Shown: positions 39,229 through 53,106, counted from the first letter of the whole stretch. The stretch is 63,892 bases of DNA, filler included, from Octopus bimaculoides (GCF_001194135.2; 4 parts of 4 records of this genome joined end to end with filler, not necessarily neighbours in it), one strand, 5' to 3'. Numbers and translations are program-made. Notes: generated by a model not told the origin, from the letters alone.

Positions 39229-39230
<2 letters not shown>
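37605..39230 (-). mobile_element. Penelope-like element 3 (Poseidon/Neptune-type RT plus GIY-YIG), decayed, with internal RT deletion
   Basis: PNNPG.P.VSACNCPTE..SRYLD..L.PLV; LFTLDIKSLYT; VTFLDISV..; YK.TDSHSYLNFSSSYP; IPYAQFLRLRRLCS; RGYP; CCTC; HVIYCISCSLCP; RLVDRFAEH. Confidence 0.92.
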
Positions 39231-39261
<31 letters not shown>

Positions 39262-39264
<3 letters not shown>

Positions 39265-40215
39265 GGGTGGGGGTCGAAATTTTATATTTTGATTCCACAT
39301 ACTGCCTGGTGTTCATTTTGGTGTGAAAAATAAATAAACAAATGTTAAAAACTATGCGACCACCCCTACCCCTCGCATAGTCAACCCCTAATTCTGTGTT
39401 TTGAATACTGAAAATGTAAGGAACTGTAAACTTATTTTAATGCTATTAACTTTGTATTGGTTAGATATTACCTATATAACATTTTATAAATTATATGCAA
39501 CCCCACCCCACCCTACTTGAAAAATAACAGTTATTGGAAGCTTGTATTATTTTTTTATAAAAGAATATCCTATATTCAGAAAAGCACTTCCAACATGAAA
39601 AAATGTAAATTCCGAATGATTATTATATGCAATAGAGAAGAAAAAACTATGTACGAACCTCAGACGAAATACATAAACAGTGAACACCATAAAATAAGCA
39701 TTAATAATATTTACTATTTAAATAAATGACCATTGTCTTTTCCAGTCAAAGTGAGGTAAACTTTGTCGTGATTTCTGTACATTTAATATGAATTTGTGCC
39801 TATTTTCGTAGCCTATTCTGACTTCAGAAGCTTTTGTCACTAAATTGATAGCATGCTCGACTCCTTAGCTATGACAAAGAAGAGGTATTGGCTATGACAG
39901 TTAGATCTTTTAATTTTTTTTTTTTTTTTTTTGTCATAACACGTGCATGTATCAAACATTTCATTGAACTCCCCCAATTTCTTATCAAAACTATCTCCTC
40001 TTTGCTTGAATTTATAAACAGGTTCAATCAATCTCTCAATTTTTAGAGCTATTCCCTCAAACCCAATATAAGGAAAAGAAACTTTGTCCCATATCGTTTG
40101 CACATCTGCAACAACAATCCGGTAGCATTCTTTCACTATGGGTGATGTTTTTGATATCTGTTCTTCGCATTTTATTATGTATACATCAGCTTTTGATGGG
40201 GGCATTGCTGTGGAA
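39262..40215 (-). mobile_element. Unclassified DNA-transposon remnant
   Basis: VQTIWDKVSFPYI..EGIALKIERL...FNEMFDTCTC resembles the IW.K.SIP...KI..L...FDI..C.C region recalled from invertebrate DNA transposase-associated ORFs. GC-rich terminus taggggtgggggtc. Recalled pattern only. Confidence 0.35.
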
Positions 40216-40673
40216 ATTCTACAGGAAATTCAAATGCTGAATGACGGTTTTTACTTCTAGTTGCCATTATATAATCTTATATACTTAAATTATTAGTTTA
40301 AATTTATGTCGGTATTTTTCTAAAATTATAATACAATTTAGCTCTGAAATAATCTGAAAAACAAAGAGATTCATTTCACAACGTATACATTTTCTAAAAA
40401 AAAAAATTCATTTAACACATTGAAAAGTCGTAATTTTACTATGTTGGAGTGGTACCTACCGACCAATTGACTTATATCTCAATGTTTTTGCTATCTTTAC
40501 TCATCAGATGTTTTAAACAAGGTTTCTATAGTGAAATATGATCAAGTATTTCATATCCATAAGCAATTTAGCGTTTATGTGTTAGAGATTATATGATTAG
40601 TATTGAAAATTAGGGTATTTAATTTCAGGGGGTATATGTGAGTGGTACGGGGTGTCAAATAACCTTAATTTTC

Positions 40674-40722
<49 letters not shown>

Positions 40723-40724
<2 letters not shown>

Positions 40725-40751
40725 TTGGGTTGTCCGAAAAGTTCGTGCCGA
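40723..40751 (+). mobile_element. Isolated mariner terminal inverted repeat fragment
   Basis: TA-ttgggttgtccgaaaagttcgtgccga adjoining (GATA)n. Confidence 0.45.
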
Positions 40752-41000
40752 GGGGATTTACGAGGATGGAGAAAAGAAAGAAGGTAGCATACAAGATACT
40801 GAGTATATATATTATGTAGTCAAGAAGACATGCTGATTAGGAGAATGGAAGAGGATACTTGCAATAGAATTTGAATGATGATTTGCAGCGAAAAGGCTGA
40901 CAACTGCGGGAGATAAGCGAGAGGCTCACGGAACGATTTAAAGAAAATGTGAAAGCATGTATTGTATGCTTTTCTGTATGCGTGGAAGTGTATTAGAGCA

Positions 41001-41105
<105 letters not shown>

Positions 41106-42663
41106 CGTGTGCGCGCGCGTGCGCGCGTGTAAGATTTGAAGGAATAGAGGTGGGTACAGTGAACTTGCTATATTAGTGGTTTGAATGGTAGGTGGCTTGA
41201 TATTTGTGTTTTTACTGTTTACCCAAGATCAGCAATGTTTGAGAGGATCTGTGACCAAATGATTCCAACCGTAACCATATTCTTTTTCTTGTGTTAAAGA
41301 ACCTTAGAACAATATTTATTATTCGATGTGTCTTTCTTTAAAACATCATATTGTAATTTTTGAGGATTTGGCAGCTATTTCTGTCTTTCTTTAAAACTTC
41401 ATATTGTAATTTATGAGGTTTTGATAGCCTCCCAACTTTTTTCTTCCACAATAGACTTTTGCCTCTCTATACTGTCATCCCTTATCTACATTAACAATTG
41501 CATTGTATTGGAACTCATCTACCCTACACTCCTCAATCTCATACCCTTTAAGCTGTTTCTTCTTTTACGGCATATCTAGCACCATAATAGAATCCAACGA
41601 TGCCAGTCTACTTGCTAGTCACTTTATGAATCCAAATCTCTTTTTTATTTTTTTTCATGGTCTCTCAGGCTATATGGTTGTCTCATCAACTACTGTGTCC
41701 CTTAATCGTGAATAGCTCAACTTCTTCATTCCTTCCATTAACTTCCTAGAATTCACATCTACCATCTCCATCACATCTGTTTACTTCATTGTCACCTCCA
41801 TTTCTACAACCCATCTCAACCCTTCCAACTCCGTTTTTAGCAAACTGACTGACTGACTTCACGCAACCAACCCGACTAACATTTAATCTGTGATTCCCTC
41901 TGACACTTCCTCGATTTCCTCGTTAACCACAACTGCGATTTAGATGTTCAACCACACCTCAAGGTCCATCATACCTTTAGCAATGTTAACTCAATAATAT
42001 TTTTCCACTGTCGATCATTGCGCCCGCGCCCCACCTCCTACTCTTTATCAAACGCACCACTAACTGTCTATCTATCCTCAGATCCTCAGACCATCTTTTG
42101 GCATTTCTGTCTCATCCGAAATCTTTTCTTTAAGACACGACTACAATATACGCGACATTCTGTTTCTTAATTTAGTTATCCCACGCTTCACACAGCCTTG
42201 GTTATTTGCCTTCTTCCTTTCTCACTACACTCCTATTCCTTGCCTAAAACATCAACACTCTACGCAAACACAACCCATGATTTTCTGTTATCCACCGTTT
42301 CATCTGTACCTCCAACAACATTGAGATTGTATTAAGTACCAATCTATGACGTTTCGTATATTGGTGAATTGGTTGGCAACTAGATAATCGTTTTAAGAAA
42401 CATTTATTGGACTTTCATCGCAACATCACTTGATCACCTCGGTCGGCATGTTGTTACTTCAGTCCTTCTTGCCACGTCTATCTTGTGGTGTAGAACATTG
42501 AACTATATCAGGAATCCTCATTTCTTCGTTTGCATCGCGAACAACAATTAAATGTTCTGCTAAGCACAGCTTACCTAATTGCAAATAATAATCGAGTTAT
42601 CTTGAACTGCAAACATTGCTTTCCCCTGAACTTCAACACACACACGCGCGCGCACGCACACAG

Positions 42664-42695
<32 letters not shown>

Positions 42696-43114
42696 ACACA
42701 CACACACTGATAAATGCACTGTGTGCACTCCTCCATCTCCATAAACATTTACGTATGCACACACATTCATCACCAACGAAGCACTGACACACGCACATAT
42801 CTCCCCACTACCACCCTCACCACATATAAAGCAGCATACTACATCCAACCATACAAACCAAACTCAACACATTTTTGTACAAACATAAACACATGTGTAA
42901 TACGCCCTCACACTTCATTCAGCCTCTCCATAATCTTCTCTCTTATCTCCCTCATCTGTCGCTCTTTCTGCTGTAAATCACCATTTTATATACTTCCGTT
43001 GTATCTATTTCCGTTTTCCATCCGCTTTACTGCCTTCACAATAATCAAAATCTTTTAAACATGTTTAAAAAATATTTTTTCTTTCATTATCTTGTTGAAA
43101 ATTCACTGTTCAAA

Positions 43115-43184
<70 letters not shown>

Positions 43185-43291
43185 TTGTGTGTGTGTGTGC
43201 TTGTGTGTGTGTGTGTTTGTGTGTGTACACACACACACACACACATATATATGCACATATACATATATGTATGTGTGTGTGCTTGTGTGTA

Positions 43292-43345
<54 letters not shown>

Positions 43346-43428
43346 TGAACACACACATATTCACTCGCGTGCGCGCACACACGCATAAACACATTAACAC
43401 ACACACATGCATATATATATATACGGAG

Positions 43429-43462
<34 letters not shown>

Positions 43463-43958
43463 TCCCTGTCGGTTTTGACGATGAGGATTTAGTTGTTCGA
43501 AATACTGAATTACTCGCAGAAGTGGTCGAACATTCCACAGACACATCTACCATTAACGTAGCCCACAGTGGAGTCAATGAGATAAGGCTTCCGCACAGTT
43601 TCCGTCTATCCAAAATCACTGGGTCGATTAGAATCAAAAGTAAAGTAAAATATATATATATGTATAAGCAACAAAAAAACCCAGAAAATACTTACACAAG
43701 TTGCTACACAGTGAAATCGAATCCAGGACATTTGACTACAAAGCAAACTTTTTAAATATTCGGCCATGATATATCCACGTTGCACGGTGCAACCCTTAGC
43801 CTCTCCACCTGTCACCCTCGGGATCTTTCACTGAGTCAAGGGTGGAATTGCCAAACAATGAGTGAAAGCATGACACCAACTACTTAGTCATGTTCTTTTG
43901 CAATTGAATAATATAGGATATACATGCATACATACACACATACGCGAGCGCACATACA

Positions 43959-44600
43959 TATTGAGGGGTACCCAAAAGAAACCGTTATTTTGTGATATTT
44001 CGTTCACTTAGTTTTGCAGGTTTACACTTTCGTCGCCTTCAAAGTATTCTCCGTTTGAAGCAATGCATTGGTCCAAATACGTTTTTCACCATTCGAAGCG
44101 GCGCTAGAACCCTTGCGAAGTGATGCCTTTTAATGCCTCCGTCGTCTTTTTCTTCACCTCTTCTACATCTGCAAATTCCGCAGCATCAGCTTTCGTCACC
44201 AGTGATGATCTTCGAAGAAAGTCCCGGATCAACTTCCAACTGTTCTTTCAGTCCACGACACGCATTCAGTCGTGACTGCTTATGATCTTCCGTGAGCAAG
44301 CGAGGCACAAATTTTGCTGTAACTCTTTTTATTTGCAATTCCTCGGTCAAGATTCGTTGGCAGGAACTCTATGACACACCAGTCATATCAACAAGTTCGT
44401 CAATTGTTCGGTGACGGTTCTCCGAGATCAGCTCATCAATTTTCATGATGTTTTCATTCGTTCGCGAGGTCGACGGTCGCCCTGAACGAGGTTGCTCTTG
44501 AAGCGACAAGTAACCATTCCTAAAGCGTGAAACCACTCGTAAACTTGTATTATGCTCATGGCAGCGTCCTTGTAAGTTGTTTGAAGCGTTCGAGGCCGAT
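43959..44600 (-). mobile_element. Mariner transposase remnant with catalytic core deleted
   Basis: Minus frames give ENRHRTIDELVDMTGVS*SSCQRIL.EEL..KRV.AKFVPRLLT...ITGDES, joined directly to FADVEEVKKKTTEALKGI...CIASNGEYFEG. Terminal repeat ta-ttgaggggtacccaaaa. Confidence 0.88.
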
Positions 44601-45034
44601 CTCCGGTTAGTGAATAACTTCTTCCCTTCCTCCTACCAATGCTAGAGGCACTGCAACGAGATCATGGCCGCTGCTCTTCCTTCTTTGACTGAGCCATAAA
44701 AATACTATAATGCTGTTCAAAAGATGGATAAAAAGCAAAGGAATTGCTGTTGCAATAAAAACAATGTGGCACTTAAAGAATATATGCTATCATTCTATTT
44801 ATAATTGGTACAAGCTAAATGAAACACAACCACTTCTGTAAAGCCTTTAAAGGATTAACTATAACGATTGACATAGATACATTCCAGAAAATAGAAGTGC
44901 TGGTATTTGTAAATATTATTAAGGTATTCTCACATGGCATTTGTTAATCTTCTATATTTTTATATTTTTTCAAAACGTACCTAATTATTTTGCTAAGAAA
45001 GAAACTCATCGTATATGTTTTTTTAATTTAAACT

Positions 45035-45270
<236 letters not shown>

Positions 45271-46001
45271 GTAGTATGTTTGTAATGATTCTAAGTACAC
45301 TTCGTTTAAACAAAATAATTTGTTTTCTACAAATAATTTATTTTCACATATCAAATGTTTTGCTTTATGATTTCAGATAATCTTGCGGTCTACTCCCTAA
45401 TGGAGATCGGGGATTTGTGAATTAATTAAATTCAAAGAGAAAATGAACAGAAGCTTTGATACACTGCTAGCAGATGTGAAATGAAAAGTGCAAACGTAAA
45501 AGAATCTCTACGTTGAAATACGATTTTCACTGCAAGTGTCGACCGAAATATAAACTTTATAGTAACTTCCTTTTCTATTTCCAATATACAATGATCGTGC
45601 TTAAGCAAAATCAATTATCAAGCAAACCAGTGAAAATGTCAGTCACCTGAATTTTCAAAAATAAATCAATATTTTGACATTTACTCATAGAAACCTTAGA
45701 AGATTACAATTATCGTAAATTTCAATAATTGCATTGACCTATAATTCGTATGGTCAAAAAGAAGAATTTTGTAAACAGCAGAAAAATCATCAATCATCCT
45801 AATGAAAAACAAAAGTTGTTTATTTTTTAAATTCAGATCAAAATAATAAAAACAAATCAAGTATTTGAGCATTTACAGGGAAGAGGTGCCACAAAGAAGT
45901 GTTTTATAGAATATAATTATCTGAATTTTTACCTCGATACTAACAACAACAAGAAAAAAAATTATTTGGACTACCGATTAAATTTTAATGTGTTAAAATT
46001 C

Positions 46002-46047
<46 letters not shown>

Positions 46048-46160
46048 TCAACAACACCAACAACAACAACAATAATAATAACAATTATGATTACCTTTTT
46101 TTCTTTTAGTTAAGCTAAAATCTTATTATTCTGGTTTAATCAAAGCTCTGAGTTTTATAG

Positions 46161-46635
46161 TTAGATCAGTCAAATTACTTTATGTGTGGAAAAGACATTC
46201 ACCAAATGCCACCAAAATACTGTAGAGACCGTAGTGGAACATATCCGTTCCAAGTGTTTAAGTTCATCACATGTTCCATGTGTTATTATTACATATTCCC
46301 ATCAACGCCAGTCTTCCAGCAAACCGCTGACTTTAAATTGTCTGTGGCCAACAGAAACTACAGCGAAGCCCCGGATATTGAAAATAGCATTATTATGTCA
46401 CGATTGTGTGAAGCTATTGGAGATGTTGACAAATGCAAAAGATGGCAGGCCTGTTGTCTGGTAGCTGTCGATTGTTGTTACCAACAGGAGGAAAATGAAA
46501 ATTCTTCCAGAACTGAAGGAGTTCTTTCCTGCCCACCTACATGGGATGGTTTTAGTTGCTGGCAACGATCTCCGGCAAATCAGAGGGTATCTACAAAATG
46601 CCCGCATTATGTGCATAAATTCATCACACACGATA
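46161..46635 (+). CDS. Class B1 (secretin-family, calcitonin/CGRP-receptor-like) GPCR, ectodomain exon; 5' boundary uncertain (46161 acceptor or ATG at 46182)
   Basis: Open frame contains the hormone-receptor-domain signature CPPTWDGFSCW...P...CP, preceded by CRDRSG..TCSMCYYYIFP and CKRWQACCLVAVDCC. Donor CGATA|gtaagt at 46635/46636 (phase 1). In-frame TAG at 46158-46160 limits the upstream extent. Confidence 0.88.
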
Positions 46636-47147
46636 GTAAGTTAACTTTCTATTATTTAAATATCCTTTAAAACTTGCTATCCAGTTATCTTGTACTGAGA
46701 TACGTCTAAAAGAACATACTTATATGAACGTTTGCGTGAATGTGGACATGGATGAATCTCCAAATATATTCACTGGCACACAAATTTCAGTTGTGACTCT
46801 TGTAAACATGAACGGTATAACAGGTTCGTATAAATATGTATAAGTATGTGTGCATGTGTGTGTATGTTTGTTATGGGATGGTTGTTAAAAGATATGTGTA
46901 AATGCAGTTAGACTACTCAGTGTGTGTGACGTATGTGTCACTCTTTGTGCGTATATATTTGTGTTCGTGTGTCAGTATGTTAGAATATGTATCTGTATGA
47001 GTAAGCATGTGAGTTTTGTATAGGTTATAGGCTAATTAATGTGTAAGAGTTTCTAGTCAGTGCTTTACTATAGCCTCTGGCCGACCAAAGCCTTGTGAGT
47101 GGATTTGGTAGACGAAAACTGAAAGAAGCCGTCGTATATATGTATGT

Positions 47148-47260
47148 TATCAATCAAATTCATTTCTGTATTTCTTGTCAATAGAGAAAGAGCCGGACTC
47201 TAACATAGATTCAAGGCTCCTTCATTGGAACTTTTATCAACATCATCTAGGTATTTGTGC

Positions 47261-47304
<44 letters not shown>

Positions 47305-47878
47305 TTTGGTGTTAGTGTATGCGCAGATTTGTATGTTTGTCTTATGGATGCGTTTTTATGTATATATTTTCATGTCTAGGCGTATGCATATGTATTTATG
47401 CGCAGATTTGTATGTTTGTTTTATGGATGCGTTTTTATGTATATATTTTCATGTCTAGATGCATGCATATGTATTTATGTGCTAAATTTTTGGAAAGTTT
47501 TACATCTTTACNNNNNNNNNNGTGTTAGTGTATGCGCAGATTTGTATGTTTGTCTTATGGATGCGTTTTTATGTATATATTTTCATGTCTAGGCGTATGC
47601 ATATGTATTTATGCGCAGATTTGTATGTTTGTTTTATGGATGCGTTTTTATGTATATATTTTCATGTCTAGATGCATGCATATGTATTTATGTGCTAAAT
47701 TTTTGGAAAGTTTTACATCTTTACAGTTCCATTGATGGCTTGAATCTGTAGTCTTCTAATCAGCCATTTTCTTTCAGGTTTTGAGAACCCTAATTTTTCC
47801 AGGTTTTTGTTGAGGCAGTTCATTACATATCCCAATGCCCCAACAATCACAGGTATGAATCTGAACTTGTAGTCTGTA
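47148..47878 (-). mobile_element. Dong/R4-like 3' end (restriction-like endonuclease tail plus 3' UTR containing a minisatellite)
   Basis: Minus frame DYKFRFIPVIVGALGYVMNCLNKNLEKLGFSKPERKWLIRRLQIQAINGT (47725-47878). Confidence 0.72.
47309..47724 (+). repeat. ~80-bp minisatellite, duplicated across a 10-N gap
   Basis: tatgcgcagatttgtatgtttg...tttcatgtctag units. Confidence 0.8.
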
Positions 47879-49499
47879 TATGTATGTATGTATGTATGTA
47901 TGTGTGTGTGTGCGTGTGTGTGCGTGTGTGTGCGTGTGTTTGTGTGTATGGCTGTATATGTATATGTTTATGCACGTGTATGTCTATGTTTTCCCCCACC
48001 CCTCACTAACGCTTGACAATCAATGTTGGTGTGTTTACTTCCCCACAACTTAGCGGTTCGGCAAAAGATCCGATAGAATAAGTACCAGGCTTACAATGAA
48101 TAAGTCCTGGGGGCGATTTCTTCGACTAAAGGCGGTGCTCCAACATGATCGCCGTCAAATGACTGATACAGGTAAAAAAAATTAAAAGATTTAAAAAAAT
48201 TACAAGTGGAAGTATGGAAAAATAAACATTATTTTCCAACTTACTGTTAATTTTGTTACATTTTGAAAAATATAAAATTATAAAAATTTTTTTTTGTGGT
48301 TTATATTTTCAATAGCATATATATGGGGGGGGGGGCACCAAAATCTTTTAAGTGTGTAGCAATGACGAAAGAATATGGGTCTTAATCCGGCCATAGCGAA
48401 TGCGCATGTATTTGTGTGTTTGTGTGCGCGTATATCCACGTTGTGTTCTCGTACTGAATCGGGTATGCCAGCCTTTCGGTGTTTTGTGAGTTTGAGCTTG
48501 ATATTTGTATTTATGAATATGTACGAATACACGTGAGTACATATTTGCGTTTATTCGAGGGAGTGCAAGCAGTTTGACGGCTGGATGCATATATGTGGGG
48601 ATGTGTGCGTGCGTGCGTGTGTGTGTGCGTGTGTGTGTGCGTGTGTGTGCGCGCGCGCGTGTGTGTTAGTCTGGAAAGTCTCTGTGCGTTTTTGTGTGTG
48701 CACAGGTAACTCTTCGAAACGCTTAGTTTTAGAATGGTGGCAGCTGATGAAGGAAATGTTCTCTATGTGGCCTGTGTGCTTTCTGTATTCTGTTTATCAT
48801 TTTGTCTACGCTTTGTTTGCAACGTCCTGTACCCAGATATGCATCTATATATNNNNNNNNNNGGTAACTCTTCGAAACGCTTAGTTTTAGAATGGTGGCA
48901 GCTGATGAAGGAAATGTTCTCTATGTGGCCTGTGTGCTTTCTGTATTCTGTTTATCATTTTGTCTACGCTTTGTTTGCAACGTCCTGTACCCAGATATGC
49001 ATCTATATATACAGGTAGATGTAGGTACGTACATACATGTACGTATATATGCATATACTCATTTATTATTTGTATTAGCATATAATGTATTTTGATTATG
49101 CGCCTAAGGTAAATGTATGATGGGTGGTGTGCAACTGTATATGAGGCTCCTTACTCGCCCGAGGCCCTGTGTACGTTGGCAGTTGAGGTAAGTCTTGAGT
49201 AAAGTTCGCTCTAAGATGTGCGCGTACAAGATTTTTCAGGATGAAATCAAATTGTTTTTAACTGAAGATATGTATTTATGTCCGTTCTTTTCTGGTTTTA
49301 ATTATTTAAATTCTTCCTTTGGAGAAAGAGCAGGTTCCTAACAAAAATACAAAGCTCCATCGTTGGAATGTAGATAACGAAAACTGTGTCACATTATAAA
49401 CCTGAAAGAGGTCTTCGATAGTTTACTGTTTCGCTTACAGATTGTATTTGTAATGTGCAAGTCAGCTGGTTGATTACTTTTTCTGAAAATCCAGCGTAT

Positions 49500-49621
<122 letters not shown>

Positions 49622-49659
49622 CAGTAGCTACCCAAAATATTGCATCTGGGATTGGTAAA

Positions 49660-51700
49660 ACGAATAATTTTGAAAGAATGTTTTCAAATATGATAAATGT
49701 AGACAGCTGTGAGAATTCCAGCAGAAGTTTGAGGATAAAAATCAAATATCATAATGAATATTCCACTAGGAAGCAGCTCAGTCGATGACATGCTGAACCT
49801 CTACAGTTCACAGACTGTTCATATGTCTGAACTTCTAGGTATGTCATGACTAAATTTGCGTTAGTAGGGACAAACTTCGTTCTCATCGCAGTCTTAGATA
49901 CTTGCTTGTAAATGCAGTCAGTGAAGTCGAAAAATTATTCTGAAGGGAGAATCTTATTCCTTCGGTAATTAGTATTTTTTCTATTAGGTCAAGAATTTCA
50001 TTGGAGAATTTATAAAGCCAGAATTCTATGATTTCTAGTCTATGATCACTACCAGGCTTTATAACATCAAATGATACAATAATAGTGTTCTTGTCAACTT
50101 TTTAGAAGGTGATTTAACAGGTCAGGTCATCTCTTATAAAGCTTCATATGTGTTTTGGAATGGGTTTCAGCGATAAATCTGCATAGTTGCCGAGTCGATG
50201 TGCCTCACAGGTTGGACCGGCTACAACCTGTGCTTACTTTAAGTCGTTCGCGTGTGGTAAGTTTATATATCTTGAATCTAATTCTTTACGGGCATCGTAT
50301 TTTGTTTTGCTTTTGTGGACTTGGTTGCGTATGGATAGATTACCGATTTTGCCTTCAACGTTTGTAAAGTAGTCATATTTCTTATCTGTTAAAACTTTTC
50401 GATGTAGAAGACTGAAGGTGTTAAGTTGTTGGGGTTTTTTTTTGTGAGTGAGTGATAATTGGTAAGCGTTTACCTATTAAGGTGGTGTCTTGTAGAAGGG
50501 ATGAGGCATTTCTGAAGTAGTCAACGTCAATAACGACTACAGAATCCCCTTATCTGCTTCTTTAATTACAATGTCATTATTATTCTTGTATTCGCGGATA
50601 ACTTCTCATTCCTTTCGACTGGTGTTGTATTTCGGTTCGGGAAGTGGTAGTTCGTGATATAAAGGATTGTAATTGCTTTTATTTTGTGCAATTCATTCAT
50701 TATTATTTTCCTTGTCAAATAATACTTCTGTTAGACATAATTTTCTACAGATGTGAGAGATATGGTCACGTATCTCATCGAAGTTGGAGTATTGTGGTGC
50801 TGAAGTGAAGTTTAAGTCATTTTAGAGAACTTGTATTTGTTGCGTTGACAGACTTTTGTTGACGAAAATTAATTACGTTTGGTTTATCACATTCTGTTTG
50901 TAGTACCAGTTGTTGCAGATTATCTGTTGAGTTTGCCATTCAGTTACTGTTTCTGTATTTGTTCATTTTTTCTCTGTTATTATTGAGTTTTCTATAATGG
51001 TTGGATTGGTTCTTAGATCCATATTGTGGATGATCCTGTCTGAGATTTCTGAGTTATATTTCTTGTTCTTTATTGTACGCTGAAATCCTTAGTTCTGGGA
51101 GATATTGTCTTGAGGAAGAGAAGCTTTGAGTTTTCCTAGTGGGATTGTCATGTTGTTTGAGTAACCTGGAATTCATGTTATTGCTTTTGTATTCTTGGTG
51201 GGAAGTTTGGCTGTTTGGCACTTGATTTGCAGTTTGTAAGTAATCTTTTGTGGATCTAAATTTTATTCAGTAATGGATTATCCATGTAATTTTATTTATT
51301 TTAAATTCACTTTCATAATTACTAAACCAACTATTACTTTTCTTCTCTCTCTAAATAGTTGTCAGCACTTCGATTTGGTATTGTTCGATAGTCTTTTCAT
51401 ATACTAAGCTTTCGGTTTTTGTTTTTTTTTTAATTTCCCCTTTCAATTGTTCGTCGGTTGATTTTAATTCTTATTCTTTGGAATTCCCCTTTAACCATAG
51501 CAATTGTATTTTCATTTTGAGTTTGTCTACTCTCATCTTGTCTCTAAGTTTCCTTTGTTGTTCAAGGTCATTAGGAATATATTTAATTTGTAATTTTCAA
51601 GGAAGAAAAATCGGTGATGACTCAAATATTTTTGCCTTTCTATTATCTTTTAACATATTCCAAAAAGCAATTTTTCGGGATGTGAGGTTTTGATTCCAAA
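49660..51700 (-). mobile_element. Penelope-like element 2, decayed
   Basis: Minus frames give DIVIKEADKG (~50550) and KQVSKTAMRTKFVPTNANLVMTYLE (~49850-49915), resembling PLE RT QxxGxAMGTxxAPxYANL. Confidence 0.78.
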
Positions 51701-53106
51701 CATGATTTAAACTCTGTTTAGTTGAATATATTAGTCGTTACAGATTGATATTGTTGTTATAATGTTTTAGTTCCGATTTTGTCCTTTATTACATAAACTG
51801 TAAACTCCCAACCCTGACGAGAAAAATGACACAATACATAACACTATCAAAGAAATCAATGAGGGAAAAGATCGAACCCAACTAGTGGGAGTTAATTAGA
51901 CCGTAAATCAATTATACCAAACTTTAGAAACCGTAATGCAAAGTATCTCAAAGGAGTATTCTGTACGCTAAATATAAACATTTATTGTAAAAATTTCATT
52001 GCTATCCAAGCTGAAGGAATTATTTTATTAGATAAATTATATTATTAATTCCTATAGATGATTGTACATGGCATTAGCGATCAACAGAAAACCAAACTTA
52101 AACGGCTGAGAGATAAGAAGATGTAGACATGGGGAAATAAAATCAACCTATCGGGAATGTGAAAGTAAATGTCAAAATTTCAATCAAAATAGATGTAAGA
52201 AAGGACAGAAGAAATAATATAGTTTAAAATTGATTGCTAACTACTAGAGGAAATTCAAATCATAAGACTGATTCATCAAAAAGGTAAAAAATTACTATGA
52301 ATATAATTCAGAAAATATTATGAGATTCTTTTAAAGAATGAAGTGGAGAAGCTGACAGCTGACAATGGAAAATTAGTACATGACATTTTTTAGTATGTAA
52401 ACACTTAACATAAATGGGATAATATATACGTCTCATACAATTTAAGAAATAATAAATACTTCATTTCCACTCTAAGAAAGAAAGTAAACGATATTTTGTT
52501 TAAGACTTAATATGACGGTTATTTTTTTAATATCCAATGCTATAAAGGTTATGATTATGTAGGATTCAAATACCATTTCTCGTCATTATCATTGTATAGA
52601 CTTTATAAAGTAAAGTAATTTTTACTTACTTTCTTTGCTTAAATCACTGAAACTCGTTAATTTGATTTTCAAGGAAGGGAAATAATATAGCTCATAGGAT
52701 GTGATGAACGGAAAGCTGAATGGTGGAATATGGTTAGCGATAAGTTGGAAGCTTGTTGCCAAACGCTCTTTTAAGGTATTTTATGTCCATTAAAAAAAGG
52801 GTTTCGGCTACACAGAATCTCATTTCCGTTCTACTTATACTTATTTAATTTGACGGTGGTGGGTGTAAAGAAAGTGGATGTAAAGGTGGGTGTAGATGCG
52901 AATCGTATCCGCAGTGCGTTATGGCCTTCCTTTTGAATCCATTTGACTTCATTACCAGATTTCTATTGCCTTGTAAAATATAAGACACACATACATACAT
53001 ATATACATACATGCATAAATGTTTAAGTACTCAAAAAAATCAATCCTAGTGCTTATCTTAAAAGTTTGTTACTTGTTCTATCACACCACTTTAGCTGTCA
53101 GAAGAT

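Larger units (their letters stand above)
47068..48190 (+). mobile_element. SINE family A split by an inserted Dong/R4 fragment
   Basis: Head-proximal part 47068-47146 (ccgaccaaagccttgtgagtggatttggtagacg) and tail 47975-48190, with foreign sequence between them. Confidence 0.7.

Noticed and set aside
41430-42330. Strand-asymmetric pyrimidine-rich block as an old LINE
   Set aside because: No recognisable motif by eye.
43460-43640. Coding exon MLPVGFDDEDLVVRNTELLAEV...
   Set aside because: It is a degenerate SINE C tail followed by a SINE A fragment.
47309-47724. Four-unit minisatellite copy number
   Set aside because: The second half duplicates the first across a 10-N gap, so the real copy number is unknown.
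48705-49010. 148-bp tandem duplication that would complete a long-loop HHR
   Set aside because: Identical copies flank a 10-N gap, so it is most likely an assembly overlap.
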